Shown here one piece after another: positions 18,999-29,288 of a stretch of 64,000 bases of DNA. The stretch covers positions 112,437 to 176,436 of the IMG/VR virus record IMGVR_UViG_3300031414_000001. One strand, given 5' to 3'. Source of the DNA: a virus. Its lineage: Duplodnaviria; Heunggongvirae; Uroviricota; Caudoviricetes. The notes under the pieces were generated by a model. That model saw only the letters and a program-made list of their open reading frames with translations, did no database searches and was not told the origin of the DNA. Within the stretch, counting starts at the first letter, position 1, and each line of letters begins with the position of its first letter. A program made the position numbers and the translations under genes.

Positions 18999-21290
18999 TA
19001 CTAGTTTGATTTCGCCGTCTACGAAATCGAAGGTCGCAGTACCGCCTTTCTTCAGAGAGCCGATCAGCATCTCTTTAGCCAGTGGTACACGAATCTTATC
19101 GTTAATGATACGTTTCATCGGACGAGCACCCATTCCTGGAGTTACACCCTTCTCTGCCAGTTCTGCTTTAGCAGAATCAGTCAGAACGATATGAACGTTA
19201 CGGGAAGCTGTTTCACCGTTCAGTTCACCAATGAACTTATCAACTACGCTCAGAATTACATCTGAACCCAACTCGTTGAACTTCACAATACCGTCGATAC
19301 GGTTAATGAATTCTGGTGGTAAGTGTTGCTTGATAGCAGCATCCATACCATCATCACCGGAACTATCCATACCCATTGACAGTACTGAAGCATCACGAGC
19401 ACCTAAGTTGGTGGTCATAATGATAGTAACGTTGTCGAAGTGTACGGTCTTACCGTGTGAACCAGTCAGGCGGCCTTCGTCCATTACCTGGAGGAAAGTC
19501 AGAAGTACTTTCTTGTTCGCCTTTTCGATCTCGTCCAGCAGTAAGATACAGTTCGGGTTCGCCTCAACTTTGTCAAGCAGCATACCGTTACCAGCGTCAT
19601 GACCTACATATCCTGGAGGTGAACCAATCAGTTTAGATACGTTGAACTCTTGAGCGAATTCGGACATATCGAAGCGAATCAGTTCTTGACCCATAGAGTC
19701 AGCCAGAGCTTTAGTCAGTTCAGTTTTACCAGTACCAGATGGTCCTACAAACATGAATGCACCCTGGATAGTACTCTTACCACGCAGACCAGCACGAGCA
19801 ACCATTACGTTCTCTACCAGTTTTTCAACTGCCTGATCCTGTCCGAATACTTTCTTACGCAGGTTATCACCCAAGTTCAGCATACGATCTGATTCTTCAC
19901 ACGCAACGATTTCCAGAGGAATGTTAGCGATACGTGATACTTCACCTTCAATATCAGCACGGACAATGGTCTTAGCTGGTGATGGTTTAGTACGGTTACG
20001 AGCACCCGCCGCATCCATAAGGTCAATAGCCTTATCAGGGAAACGTTTGTTCTGAAGGAACTTGGTACTCAGTTCCAGTACTGCTTCCATTGCTTCAGGT
20101 GTGAAAGTAACACTATGGAACTTCTCGTAAGTGGCTTTAACACCTTCTACGATCTGACGGGTTTCGTCCAGAGTAGGTTCCAGAATATCAACTTTCATGA
20201 AACGACGCTGTAGTGCTGCGTCTTTTTCAATGTGTTTACGATATTCATCGTAAGTGGTAGCACCGATAACGCGAATCTCACCACGAGACAATGCTGGTTT
20301 CAGCATATTGCTCATATCCAGAGAACCGCCACCAGTAGCACCAGCACCCATAATAGTATGGATTTCGTCGATGAACAGAATCACATCGTCGCGACCTTTC
20401 AGTTCAGACAACAGATTTTCAACACGTTCTTCGAATTCGCCACGGTACTTAGTACCAGCAGTGAAAGCACCCATGTTCAGAGAAAGAATTTCAACATCTT
20501 TCAGATCTTCAGGTACATTGCCATCGGCAATCATCTGTGCTAAACCGTCGATGATTTGGGTTTTACCAACACCAGGTTCACCAACCAGAGCACCGTTACA
20601 TTTGGTCTTACGTGACAGAATCTGAATCAGATCTGCCAGTTCAGCAGTACGACCAATCAGTGGATCGAGTTTGCCGTTTGCTGCCAGTTCAGTAAGGTTA
20701 GTTGTGAAACTTTCGATACTGCGTTTCTGACCATCACCTTTACGTGAAGAACGACCACCAGATACAGAAGGTTTATCTTCTTTTTCCGGTTCTTCATCAC
20801 GAGTAGCATCACGCAGATCAACATTATAGTTGCGGCTGTTGATGTAATTTTGTAATTCACGTGCTACAGCAGTACGACTCAGATCCAGTTCAGAGAGAGC
20901 GGTATCCAGAGCAGTATGTGGGAAAGACAGACATTCGAACAGAATGAAATACGCCTGAATGGTGTAATCATTTTCTTTCAGTTGTTCGATAACTGCTTTC
21001 TTCTGTAGTTCAACCATGATTTTAGTGATCATTGAAGATACAGGGGTCATATCTGCCCCAAGCTGTTCTTCAACAGAGAATGGAAGTACTGGTGCTGGGG
21101 AGTTCGTCAAGAAATCCACAATACGTGCTTTCAGTTTAGCAGCATCTACGTTAATGTCTTCCATGAATTCAACAATGCTTGGTACATCAAGGGCAATAGC
21201 AGTCAGATGGTCTACAGTCATGATTGAATGACCCATAGAACGTGCTAATGATTCACCTTCTTGATAAAAATCTTCAAAGCTATAGCTCAT
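18996..21290 (-). CDS. clpA: ClpA-like Hsp100 AAA+ chaperone/unfoldase
   Basis: NBD1 GEPGVGKT / LFIDEIH / DAALQRRF; NBD2 GPSGTGKT / LLLDEIEKA / GARPM; no ClpB/ClpC middle coiled coil. Confidence 0.9.
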   Translation of the reverse strand: MSYSFEDFYQEGESLARSMGHSIMTVDHLTAIALDVPSIVEFMEDINVDAAKLKARIVDFLTNSPAPVLPFSVEEQLGADMTPVSSMITKIMVELQKKAVIEQLKENDYTIQAYFILFECLSFPHTALDTALSELDLSRTAVARELQNYINSRNYNVDLRDATRDEEPEKEDKPSVSGGRSSRKGDGQKRSIESFTTNLTELAANGKLDPLIGRTAELADLIQILSRKTKCNGALVGEPGVGKTQIIDGLAQMIADGNVPEDLKDVEILSLNMGAFTAGTKYRGEFEERVENLLSELKGRDDVILFIDEIHTIMGAGATGGGSLDMSNMLKPALSRGEIRVIGATTYDEYRKHIEKDAALQRRFMKVDILEPTLDETRQIVEGVKATYEKFHSVTFTPEAMEAVLELSTKFLQNKRFPDKAIDLMDAAGARNRTKPSPAKTIVRADIEGEVSRIANIPLEIVACEESDRMLNLGDNLRKKVFGQDQAVEKLVENVMVARAGLRGKSTIQGAFMFVGPSGTGKTELTKALADSMGQELIRFDMSEFAQEFNVSKLIGSPPGYVGHDAGNGMLLDKVEANPNCILLLDEIEKANKKVLLTFLQVMDEGRLTGSHGKTVHFDNVTIIMTTNLGARDASVLSMGMDSSGDDGMDAAIKQHLPPEFINRIDGIVKFNELGSDVILSVVDKFIGELNGETASRNVHIVLTDSAKAELAEKGVTPGMGARPMKRIINDKIRVPLAKEMLIGSLKKGGTATFDFVDGEIKLV

Positions 21291-21324
21291 GTGCTTCTCC
21301 TTGGTTTATTTTGTTCACTTGTAC

Positions 21325-21354
21325 ATTATAGCACAAAATTTTTCGTCGTTCCAA
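21325..21354 (-). promoter_or_regulatory. Sigma70-like early/middle promoter of clpA
   Basis: TTGGAA-18 nt-TATAAT with TGTGC immediately before the -10. Confidence 0.7.
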
Positions 21355-21356
21355 AA

Positions 21357-21363
21357 ATAAATA
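21357..21363 (+). promoter_or_regulatory. T4-like late promoter
   Basis: ATAAATA about 30 nt before the gp14-like start; same motif precedes other structural genes. Confidence 0.65.
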
Positions 21364-21394
21364 CGATATAAATTTCTTTTTGGAGATTAAGAAT

Positions 21395-22891
21395 ATGGCA
21401 TATCAAATGTGGAAAAAAGGTCGTAACAGTAACGATTACAACTTCTTTGACCGTTCTATTGCTGAGCAATATCGTATGGGCGGTACTGATATGTGGTTAT
21501 ACACGTATCAGGGGCCGAAAGGCAATGAAGGTAGTACTGACGACACATTACCTGATTTCAGTGATGGCAGTGGTACACTTACTGACATAGGAGATATTGT
21601 TCTCGGTGAAACCGTTAACCGTTCCTATAGCATTCAAGCTATCACACTACCAGTTGTTTATCAAGTTCAGGAAGCCACACCTGATTTAAAAATTAACGGC
21701 ATCATGTATTTCAACTTCGACACAATGGACATTACATTGCATTATAACACAATGATGCAACGTGTGGGAAGAAAGATTTTACCTGGCGACGTTATCGAAT
21801 TACCTAACCTACGTGATTTCGATGTACTAGACCGTGACGTAGGTATTAATAAGTTTTATGTCGTTCAAGATGCGTTCAGAACCTCCGAAGGTTATTCAGC
21901 GACATGGCAACACCACATCTTTAAAATTCGTGTGAAACCTTTAACGGATTCTCCTGAGTTCTCAGATATTACTGACGCAATAAATGAAGGATTTCCCGAT
22001 AATCCAGATGATCCTAATAATGGAAACGGTGGTGCTGGTGGTGGAAGTACTGGAAGCTTTGAGCTTGACATTATGAATAGAATTATTCAGCAAGCAGATT
22101 CCGAAGTACCTTACATTCACTACACTAACGAACACATCTATGATGACATATCTGATATTAACGAGTTAGCTAAGTATATCATAAATGGTTATGATTTCCC
22201 AGCTAATCCATCGAAGAACATGTTTTTCATAAAGAACACACTTCCAGTACTTTATGAGAAAGATGCTGATTCAAATTGGGTTCAGGTTGAAACAAAATAC
22301 GGTACTAAGTTACCTTCTCGTTCTAAGGACTTTGCTTTCTACTTCAAAGAAGATTCAGCAAGTGTAGCAGGTTATTCATTATTCCAGTACTACGCATCTG
22401 AGAAAAAATGGCTTAGCTGTGTGCTGCCGTTCACCGATGAAGATACTGTACCACAAGACGCAGAGGATTTCTACTGTTTTTACAAAAAACCTCAACTTTA
22501 CCAGGTTCAGGACGATGGCGTAACATGGGTCATCCCACCAGAATCACATTCAAACGTGCCGTTCACCACAAAAGATATTGCTGGTAACAGAACCGCACAT
22601 GATGATATTCGCTCAGCCATTCCACCAGCACGTGGTGATGTTGGAGAGGGAGTAGTCTTCCCATCCAATCCTGAAGATGGTGAGTACTTCTATCGTACTG
22701 ATTATGTACCAGTTACATTATGGCAATATAGTGCCGAAAAGTCAACTTGGACACAATTCAATTACGGTGGTCGTCTACCTTGGACTGGTGCTAATATCGA
22801 ACAAACCCGCTTCATCAATAGTCCTGATAGAGTTTCTATCCAAGACGTTGTTAAGCCAAACATTGTTAATAGACGCAAGGACACTAATTAA
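21395..22891 (+). CDS. Neck/head-closure protein, gp14-like, with C-terminal extension
   Basis: 'FFDRSIAEQYRMGGTDMWLY...GRKILPGDVIELP' resembles gp14; adjacent to gp15-like gene. Confidence 0.7.
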   Translation: MAYQMWKKGRNSNDYNFFDRSIAEQYRMGGTDMWLYTYQGPKGNEGSTDDTLPDFSDGSGTLTDIGDIVLGETVNRSYSIQAITLPVVYQVQEATPDLKINGIMYFNFDTMDITLHYNTMMQRVGRKILPGDVIELPNLRDFDVLDRDVGINKFYVVQDAFRTSEGYSATWQHHIFKIRVKPLTDSPEFSDITDAINEGFPDNPDDPNNGNGGAGGGSTGSFELDIMNRIIQQADSEVPYIHYTNEHIYDDISDINELAKYIINGYDFPANPSKNMFFIKNTLPVLYEKDADSNWVQVETKYGTKLPSRSKDFAFYFKEDSASVAGYSLFQYYASEKKWLSCVLPFTDEDTVPQDAEDFYCFYKKPQLYQVQDDGVTWVIPPESHSNVPFTTKDIAGNRTAHDDIRSAIPPARGDVGEGVVFPSNPEDGEYFYRTDYVPVTLWQYSAEKSTWTQFNYGGRLPWTGANIEQTRFINSPDRVSIQDVVKPNIVNRRKDTN

Positions 22892-24234
22892 TGAAACTAA
22901 ATTATTACTATGACGGACAGTTTCGCCGTCTGTTGAAGCATCTTATCAGAGTGTTCGGAGAATTTCAAGTAAAAAATGGCCTTGACGCAAACGGGAACCA
23001 ACGTTATAAAACGGTTCCCTGCCGCTACGCTGACATTTCAAGAATGGCAGCTTATATCATCAGTGGTGGTTCTGAAAACGTTCTACCATCTGCCCCAGGT
23101 ATTACAATCAATGTACAGTCATTGAAACTTGATCGTCCGAACCTTCGTGCTCCAGCACAATATACTTCTGTCATGGGAACTAATGTTAGTCCTGAAGAAA
23201 ACAAATATGTTAGCGAACTTGACAAGCAGTATCAAATTTCCAGATATAACCCTACACCTTGGAAACTAGTTTTCAATGTTAATATCTGGACAACTAACTT
23301 GACAAACAAGTTAGAACTATGGGAACAAATAGCAACATTGTTTAACCCATCTGTTGTTTTACAAGTTACTGAGAATCCATATGATTGGACAGGTACAGTT
23401 GATATTGAACTTACTGATTGTCAGTTCAGTACTAGAGGATTTCCACAAGGTACTGATTCTGATTTAGATGTTATGGTATTGACATTTGAATGTCCAATTT
23501 GGTTAAGTCTTCCAGCTAATGTTAAACAAGCTAAACTTATTCAACAAATTGTTACCAACATCAATACTGCTAAAGATGAATTGGAAATTGACTTAGGGAA
23601 CTACAACGACAGTATTACTGACGTGTATACACCTAAGAATATGTGTATTCTTGTTAATCGAATAGAGGCAGCTAATTCTCTGGAAACATATGAGGTAACT
23701 CTTGTAAGTTCAAGTTTGAATCCTCTTTCGAGTAATGGTAAAATTTATTCATGGAACAGATACCTTGAGTATCTTGACCCAAGTTTTGAAGAAAAATCAT
23801 TGTATTTGAAGTTCCAGCAAGGTATAGAAGAAGCAAATCCAATTCGTGGAGATGTTATTCAAATGCCTACTGAAGACGCACCAAACAAGATGATTGTTCA
23901 GGTTGATACCTCATTGTATACTGGTGGAATAAGTATAACATCATTCGTAACAGAAAGCAACCAGTTATCACAAGCATTACCGGCTCAGTACTACATTAAT
24001 ATTGCTGAATATAATATTCAGTACGGTGAAACCACAATAAAGCCTAACGATTTATTCCAAATTGGTAATGATCGTAATAGTGCTATTATTGTCGATCCTA
24101 GTACTGTTAATGGTTATGTGTATAACGCAGATGACACTTATTTTTACAGATATAATGAAATTGTCGGTTGGCATCAATCGGTGCAAAACAAATACAGACA
24201 AGGTTATTGGAGAATCGCATTTAGAGATGCGTAA
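22891..24234 (+). CDS. Tail terminator/sheath stabiliser, gp15-like
   Basis: 'YYYDGQFRRLLKHLIRVFGEF...VPCRYA...PTPWKLVFNVNIW...EQIATLFNPS' matches gp15 pattern. Confidence 0.8.
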   Translation: MKLNYYYDGQFRRLLKHLIRVFGEFQVKNGLDANGNQRYKTVPCRYADISRMAAYIISGGSENVLPSAPGITINVQSLKLDRPNLRAPAQYTSVMGTNVSPEENKYVSELDKQYQISRYNPTPWKLVFNVNIWTTNLTNKLELWEQIATLFNPSVVLQVTENPYDWTGTVDIELTDCQFSTRGFPQGTDSDLDVMVLTFECPIWLSLPANVKQAKLIQQIVTNINTAKDELEIDLGNYNDSITDVYTPKNMCILVNRIEAANSLETYEVTLVSSSLNPLSSNGKIYSWNRYLEYLDPSFEEKSLYLKFQQGIEEANPIRGDVIQMPTEDAPNKMIVQVDTSLYTGGISITSFVTESNQLSQALPAQYYINIAEYNIQYGETTIKPNDLFQIGNDRNSAIIVDPSTVNGYVYNADDTYFYRYNEIVGWHQSVQNKYRQGYWRIAFRDA

Positions 24235-24243
24235 GGATTAATT

Positions 24244-24711
24244 ATGACTAACGAAGCAGTGGGAGCTATATTTTTATCAAAACGTACAGGACGTATGATG
24301 CTTAACTTACGTTCCGAAACCGTTACGTACTCAAATAATTGGGGCTTCGTTGGTGGTAAGATTGAACGTGGTGAATCAGCAATTGAAGCTTTATATAGAG
24401 AGATTGCTGAAGAATTGGGGGAATCAGTACCTCCAATTGAAGATATAATTCCTTTTGATGTTTTCTGTACTAAGAATGAGAAGTTCAAGTACTATTCATT
24501 TATTGTAGTTGTTCAGGAAGAATTTATTCCAGAACTAAATGATGAAAGTGCTGGATATTCTTGGGTTAAAATAGGAAACTGGCCTAAGCCACTTCATCCA
24601 GGAGCTAAAAGTACTTTATACAATTCTAACATTGTTGAAGATATGAATGCCCTATGGGAATCAATAAAAAATGGCAAACCATTTAAAAACAGTTTGCCAT
24701 ATCAAATATAA
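24244..24711 (+). CDS. NUDIX hydrolase
   Basis: Nudix box GGKIERGESAIEALYREIAEELG. Confidence 0.9.
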   Translation: MTNEAVGAIFLSKRTGRMMLNLRSETVTYSNNWGFVGGKIERGESAIEALYREIAEELGESVPPIEDIIPFDVFCTKNEKFKYYSFIVVVQEEFIPELNDESAGYSWVKIGNWPKPLHPGAKSTLYNSNIVEDMNALWESIKNGKPFKNSLPYQI

Positions 24712-24738
24712 AAAGGAGGCATAAGCCTCCTTTTTTTA
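24710..24738. terminator. Bidirectional terminator
   Basis: aaaaggaggc-ataa-gcctcctttttt between convergent genes. Confidence 0.85.
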
Positions 24739-25842
24739 TACTCCAACAGGTGGAATACCAGTTAAGTTAAGTAGTACTGACCATTGTGTAAGTGTTGTTT
24801 GACCAGCGTTCAAATCAGATAAGGTAGCATCAATTCGGAATCCTAAGTGCTTAGCACTGTTTAGAGAAGCCGTAACATATGTGCTATAATCTGTTTGAGT
24901 TGAACCCAAACGACTTGGTAAAGTAATATCTTCACCATTTATTACAACGTTAACTGACCAGGTTTGGTCTTCGCTATCAATAGTGTCTACAATTTGTGTT
25001 AGCTTGTAAATTTTACGTGGATCAGGAATTTGATTCGCAGTAACAGTACCAGGAACAATTGTACCTTCATTATCTACATAGAATGAGCCTTTCACTAACC
25101 AAGTACTATAGATACTTGGGAATGGAACAATTTCACCAGTAGTCGCATCAGTATTAACCTGACGACCCATGATTTTCAATTCATAGAAATAGTTTGAGCC
25201 GAACTGAAGAACACTATCACCATTTTGATAAGTAACCCATCCATCTGCATCTGTAATACTCGCACCACCTAAGTTGAAATAAGCAATTGGCTTAGTCGCA
25301 GTACTTTGAGTGAACGCAATATACTTAAATCCAGTATCGTAGTTAATATCCAATAGAGAAGAATATTCTTTATTCATTGGACGTGTAGTTTGAATTTCAC
25401 GCCATTCTTTATTCTTCATTAGACACATCAAACGGTCGCCATTATTGGTAAGAACCATACGACCCATGATAGAAGTATCACCATCTGGAACGGTGTTGAA
25501 TAAAGTAATCATTGGGATACTAGCCCAATCTAATTCTGTAGCTGGAACAGTATTATCAGGTTGACGAGCACTATCTACTAAAGAGATTAGTAATTCACCA
25601 GTACCGGAAGTATTTCTGTACCACAATTGACCAGGAACTGAACCTTTAGGTCTAGTTTGTCCTGAAAAGTTTTCAGCAAGCCACAAGAAGTTTTCATTTA
25701 GTGCTTGACCATAACTAACTTTATCACGTCCAACTAGGTTAATCGGAACAGGGTTCTGATTAGGTTGATTTGGACCAAGGATAGTATTGTTAGGTACTGA
25801 AGCATAGATTTTACCATTACTACGCTTAATAATATAATTCAT
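24736..25842 (-). CDS. Putative virion structural (baseplate/fibre) protein
   Basis: 'LVGRDKVSYGQALNENFLWLAENFSG..P.GQLWY' motif typical of jumbo-phage structural proteins; late operon. Confidence 0.55.
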   Translation of the reverse strand: MNYIIKRSNGKIYASVPNNTILGPNQPNQNPVPINLVGRDKVSYGQALNENFLWLAENFSGQTRPKGSVPGQLWYRNTSGTGELLISLVDSARQPDNTVPATELDWASIPMITLFNTVPDGDTSIMGRMVLTNNGDRLMCLMKNKEWREIQTTRPMNKEYSSLLDINYDTGFKYIAFTQSTATKPIAYFNLGGASITDADGWVTYQNGDSVLQFGSNYFYELKIMGRQVNTDATTGEIVPFPSIYSTWLVKGSFYVDNEGTIVPGTVTANQIPDPRKIYKLTQIVDTIDSEDQTWSVNVVINGEDITLPSRLGSTQTDYSTYVTASLNSAKHLGFRIDATLSDLNAGQTTLTQWSVLLNLTGIPPVGV

Positions 25843-25854
25843 TTGTATCTCCTA

Positions 25855-26463
25855 TTACTGTAACTGTACTCGTACTGTATACTTAATTTGAAGAATACGG
25901 TTAGCACTTTTTTCCACTGGATGGAAAATAATGTGTGATAATGCCATACCTGAATCGCCATCTGTATAAAGACCTAGTTCATCAAATACGTAGTTTCCTT
26001 CCATATCGGTAGTTGAACTAACGTTTTGATCTGATGGTTCACCTAATCCTAGAGTACACAAACACACAATATCAGTATAAACCTGACCTGGAATGTGAAC
26101 AGTACTGACATTGTTATATTCAGTTTCTACACCAGCATTAACGTTAGCATTAATTTTCTTCACGTAAGTTTCTGAGTAAAGACCACCGAAAGAACTAATA
26201 CGTGGAGTTTTATAGGTAACACGACCAGTACTAAGAACAACTGTACCACCGTTACCAAATCTCATTTCAGAGATAGCTCCTAGACTAACACCCAAAGAAT
26301 CAGTACTGCCAGCTAAAGCATATGCGATTGCTTGGCTCATGTTTTCAGGGTGAATTGCGTTGGATTTATCAACGACAATTGATGTATTCTCAGGATCAGT
26401 AATATCGGTAATTAGCACATGTCCTTTAACAAATAGTCTTGGAAGTTCTGTTTTGTTATTCAT
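25855..26463 (-). CDS. Putative baseplate structural protein
   Basis: 'FGNGGT...FDELGLY...LSHIIFHPVEKSANR.LQIKYTVR' motif; late operon. Confidence 0.55.
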   Translation of the reverse strand: MNNKTELPRLFVKGHVLITDITDPENTSIVVDKSNAIHPENMSQAIAYALAGSTDSLGVSLGAISEMRFGNGGTVVLSTGRVTYKTPRISSFGGLYSETYVKKINANVNAGVETEYNNVSTVHIPGQVYTDIVCLCTLGLGEPSDQNVSSTTDMEGNYVFDELGLYTDGDSGMALSHIIFHPVEKSANRILQIKYTVRVQLQ

Positions 26464-26473
26464 TTCTAATCCC

Positions 26474-26971
26474 TTAGTAATTAATTTGTATTTCTTCTAG
26501 CTTACCAGCCATTGTTTTTTGTAGTTCAGTTGGTTGAACACTGATATAGTTACGATCTATACCAACACGTAGGTAAGTGAAGTTCCCGACTACGTTTTCA
26601 GCAAATGTTCCGGTTACACCATGTTGATAAATGGTAACTTCAGAATCAGGATTGTAGATTTTTGTGTCGGTAAATTCGATATAAAAATTGCAACATTCTT
26701 GGAATTTAATTGGGAACCAATCTGCTTCCGTTGGATCACTCGCTAATGTTGCTTGTACATAAATTCGTCCAATGAAGTTACGTAATGTGAATGCGATTGT
26801 ATGTAATCCAGAAGTACTGCCATAATAACCACCAGCAGCTAGTGGAAGTGAGACTTCATTCCAATGGTAATCGTTGTTAGTACTATACCATGAGTCAGAA
26901 TCTTGATAATCAAGTTCCTCACCATCTTTGCTTATTCTTCTAAAAAGAAAATTCTTTGATCTTAAAGCCAT
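26474..26971 (-). CDS. Hypothetical (likely structural) protein
   Basis: ORF with GAGG SD, downstream of TATAAATA at 27002-27009. Confidence 0.5.
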   Translation of the reverse strand: MALRSKNFLFRRISKDGEELDYQDSDSWYSTNNDYHWNEVSLPLAAGGYYGSTSGLHTIAFTLRNFIGRIYVQATLASDPTEADWFPIKFQECCNFYIEFTDTKIYNPDSEVTIYQHGVTGTFAENVVGNFTYLRVGIDRNYISVQPTELQKTMAGKLEEIQINY

Positions 26972-27001
26972 CGTTATAGCCCTCTATAATGAACTTTTAC
27001 T

Positions 27002-27041
27002 TATTTATAGCATAGCTCTTACCAGAAAGAGGTGATAAATA
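27002..27041. promoter_or_regulatory. Divergent pair of T4-like late promoters
   Basis: TATAAATA on minus strand (27002-27009) and ATAAATA on plus strand (27035-27041). Confidence 0.7.
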
Positions 27042-27075
27042 TTTGTAATATGACATAACATAAAAGGAATGAACT

Positions 27076-28209
27076 ATGACAATTTCATTTAATAATGGGT
27101 CTTCAGGTTCTTGTAATTGTTCTGGTATTAACAGTTTAGTGATCAACAATGCTGGTCACTTAATCGTTACATACGATGACGGTACTATTCAAGATTTGGG
27201 TCAAGTAGTTGGTGCTGATGGTGCTAACGGAACTAACTTTTATCCAAATGAAGTAGGATTCGTGATTCCAGATAGTACTTTTGATCTTGATAAAGATATT
27301 GGATGGTCGTACTTAAGTCTAACGATTAATAGTACTCAAACTGTACCAACCATTTATTTTAAAACTAATGCTGCTAACTCTCCTACCGCAACGTGGGTAA
27401 GTGCTCCATTTGGACAAGGTGCAAAAGGCGATTCTGGAGAACCATTCCATATTGATTCTCAAGGCACAACCAAACCAACAACTGGTTTAGTTGATAATTA
27501 CACATTCTTAGATACCGATGACGGTACTATTTGGATTTACGACTTAGACACTTTAACATGGGCTGGTCCATATCAGTTCCGTGGCCCACAAGGTCTACAA
27601 GGTCGATTCATCATTGATTCTCAAGGTGATACTTTCCCTGTAATTACTGACTTAGATCCTGGATATACTTTCTATGCCACTGATACTGGTTTCTTGTATT
27701 ATGTAATTCAAGACAGTACTACACTACAAAAATCTTGGAGTCCTGGAATTCTATTCCGTGGTCCGAAAGGTGAAAATGGTGAACAGGGTATTCAAGGTCT
27801 TCCAGGTTCTGATGCTAATAATATCTACGCAATTAAAAACGTAATTGATACATCTTACGAAAACGCCCTACTTGTAATTGGTACTGTACCAGCAGGTTAT
27901 TTGGTAACTCGTATTGAAGTAACAATTGAAAATGCTTATGACCTAGTAGTTAATGAGTTGACAGTACGTTTTGGTGGTACAGCACAATCTGATGAAGGTA
28001 GTACTGATATTGCTCCACCAGATTACTTTGATATTAATACAGCACAGCGTTACATAGTAGACGAAGTAAACCATGAAATCAGTGCGAATGACGAAATACT
28101 TTCTTGTGTATTCAACGAATCTGTTAACAACAGTTCAGTAGGTCTAATGACTATCATCTGTACAATTGCTAAACAGCTTCCTATTACACCAATAGAAGAT
28201 AACATTTAA
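27076..28209 (+). CDS. Collagen-motif virion fibre/decoration protein
   Basis: 'INNAGHLIVTYDDGTIQDLGQVVGADG' and short G-X-Y runs (GPQGLQG; GPKGENGEQGIQGLPG). Confidence 0.6.
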   Translation: MTISFNNGSSGSCNCSGINSLVINNAGHLIVTYDDGTIQDLGQVVGADGANGTNFYPNEVGFVIPDSTFDLDKDIGWSYLSLTINSTQTVPTIYFKTNAANSPTATWVSAPFGQGAKGDSGEPFHIDSQGTTKPTTGLVDNYTFLDTDDGTIWIYDLDTLTWAGPYQFRGPQGLQGRFIIDSQGDTFPVITDLDPGYTFYATDTGFLYYVIQDSTTLQKSWSPGILFRGPKGENGEQGIQGLPGSDANNIYAIKNVIDTSYENALLVIGTVPAGYLVTRIEVTIENAYDLVVNELTVRFGGTAQSDEGSTDIAPPDYFDINTAQRYIVDEVNHEISANDEILSCVFNESVNNSSVGLMTIICTIAKQLPITPIEDNI

Positions 28210-28212
28210 ACC

Positions 28213-28242
28213 AAAGGGAGATGATCACATCTCCCTTTTTTA
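28213..28242 (+). terminator. Intrinsic terminator
   Basis: aagggagatg-atca-catctccctt followed by T-tract. Confidence 0.85.
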
Positions 28243-28290
28243 TTGCCTGGATAAATATTAGAAACAAACATTCATAGGAGAAAGTAACCG

Positions 28291-29151
28291 ATGGCAGTTT
28301 TTTCTAACTTAGAAGGAACCATGAAAAAGTCTTTTATCCTTGGTAAAGGTGGTGCTCGTCTATCATTCGATAGTGGAGTACTAACCGTTCGTAATTATCA
28401 AGGTACTAGTCTTATTCCAATCAGTGCGGCTGACCCACTTGACGGTACACACCTTGTAACTTTATCTTACTTTAACTCTCACGCTGGTGGCGGTTCAGGT
28501 AATGCTTTACGTGGAACAACAGATCCAGATGTAAGCTTAGGAACAGATGGTGATGTGTATTACAAGATAGACGACACTAGTATTTTACAAATTTACATTA
28601 AAGATTCTGGAATATGGAAACCTTTTGCTTCACCAACTGATTCTGAATATGTATCAACTACAGTTGCTACACCTTCTGATTTTACACAAGTTGGCTCAGA
28701 CTACGTATATACCTTATCTGCTGCGGCTCATGGTCGTGGATCTGATATAATTGTACAACTACAAGACACCAGTACTGGACAAGTTCAGAATGCTAATGTC
28801 GTGGTTGATTCTTCAGGTAATATCACAGTAACCGTTGGCGATCTACCAACATCTAATTATAATGTAGTAATCATTGGAGGAACCACCTTGTCCACACCAT
28901 ATAGTCAATTGATCAATAAAGCTAATTGGGTCTTATCTGGCTCAGAGTATACATTGTCAATTCCACAATCTACACATGATCAAGTTCCTGGTGCTATTTT
29001 CTTAGCAGTATATCAAAATACTGTTGATTCAGCAACAAGTGCTTCTCCATACGAAATCGTAGCTGTTCAAACTGCTATTGATGGAAATGGTAATGTGACA
29101 CTAACCGCAAGCGAAACCTTTAGTGGGAAAGTAGTTATTAGCGGAAAATAA
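28291..29151 (+). CDS. Putative tail fibre-associated structural protein
   Basis: 'GTTDPDVSLGTDGDVYY' and two related beta-rich modules; late promoter at 28251-28257. Confidence 0.55.
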   Translation: MAVFSNLEGTMKKSFILGKGGARLSFDSGVLTVRNYQGTSLIPISAADPLDGTHLVTLSYFNSHAGGGSGNALRGTTDPDVSLGTDGDVYYKIDDTSILQIYIKDSGIWKPFASPTDSEYVSTTVATPSDFTQVGSDYVYTLSAAAHGRGSDIIVQLQDTSTGQVQNANVVVDSSGNITVTVGDLPTSNYNVVIIGGTTLSTPYSQLINKANWVLSGSEYTLSIPQSTHDQVPGAIFLAVYQNTVDSATSASPYEIVAVQTAIDGNGNVTLTASETFSGKVVISGK

Positions 29152-29159
29152 CCATTATT

Positions 29160-29190
29160 AAGCCAGAAAGATATTCTGGCTTTTTTTCTT
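29160..29190 (+). terminator. Intrinsic terminator
   Basis: aagccagaa-agata-ttctggctt followed by T-tract. Confidence 0.8.
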
Positions 29191-29288
29191 TATTATACTG
29201 GTGATATTCACCAAGGGGTAATAAATACATAAAATAATGATTTGGGATAAAGGTTTTTTTCCATATTCAAATCCAACGGAGGGATTAC

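Noticed and set aside
19231-21231. Plus-strand ORFs overlapping clpA
   Set aside because: Antisense shadows of a well-supported gene with no recognisable motifs.
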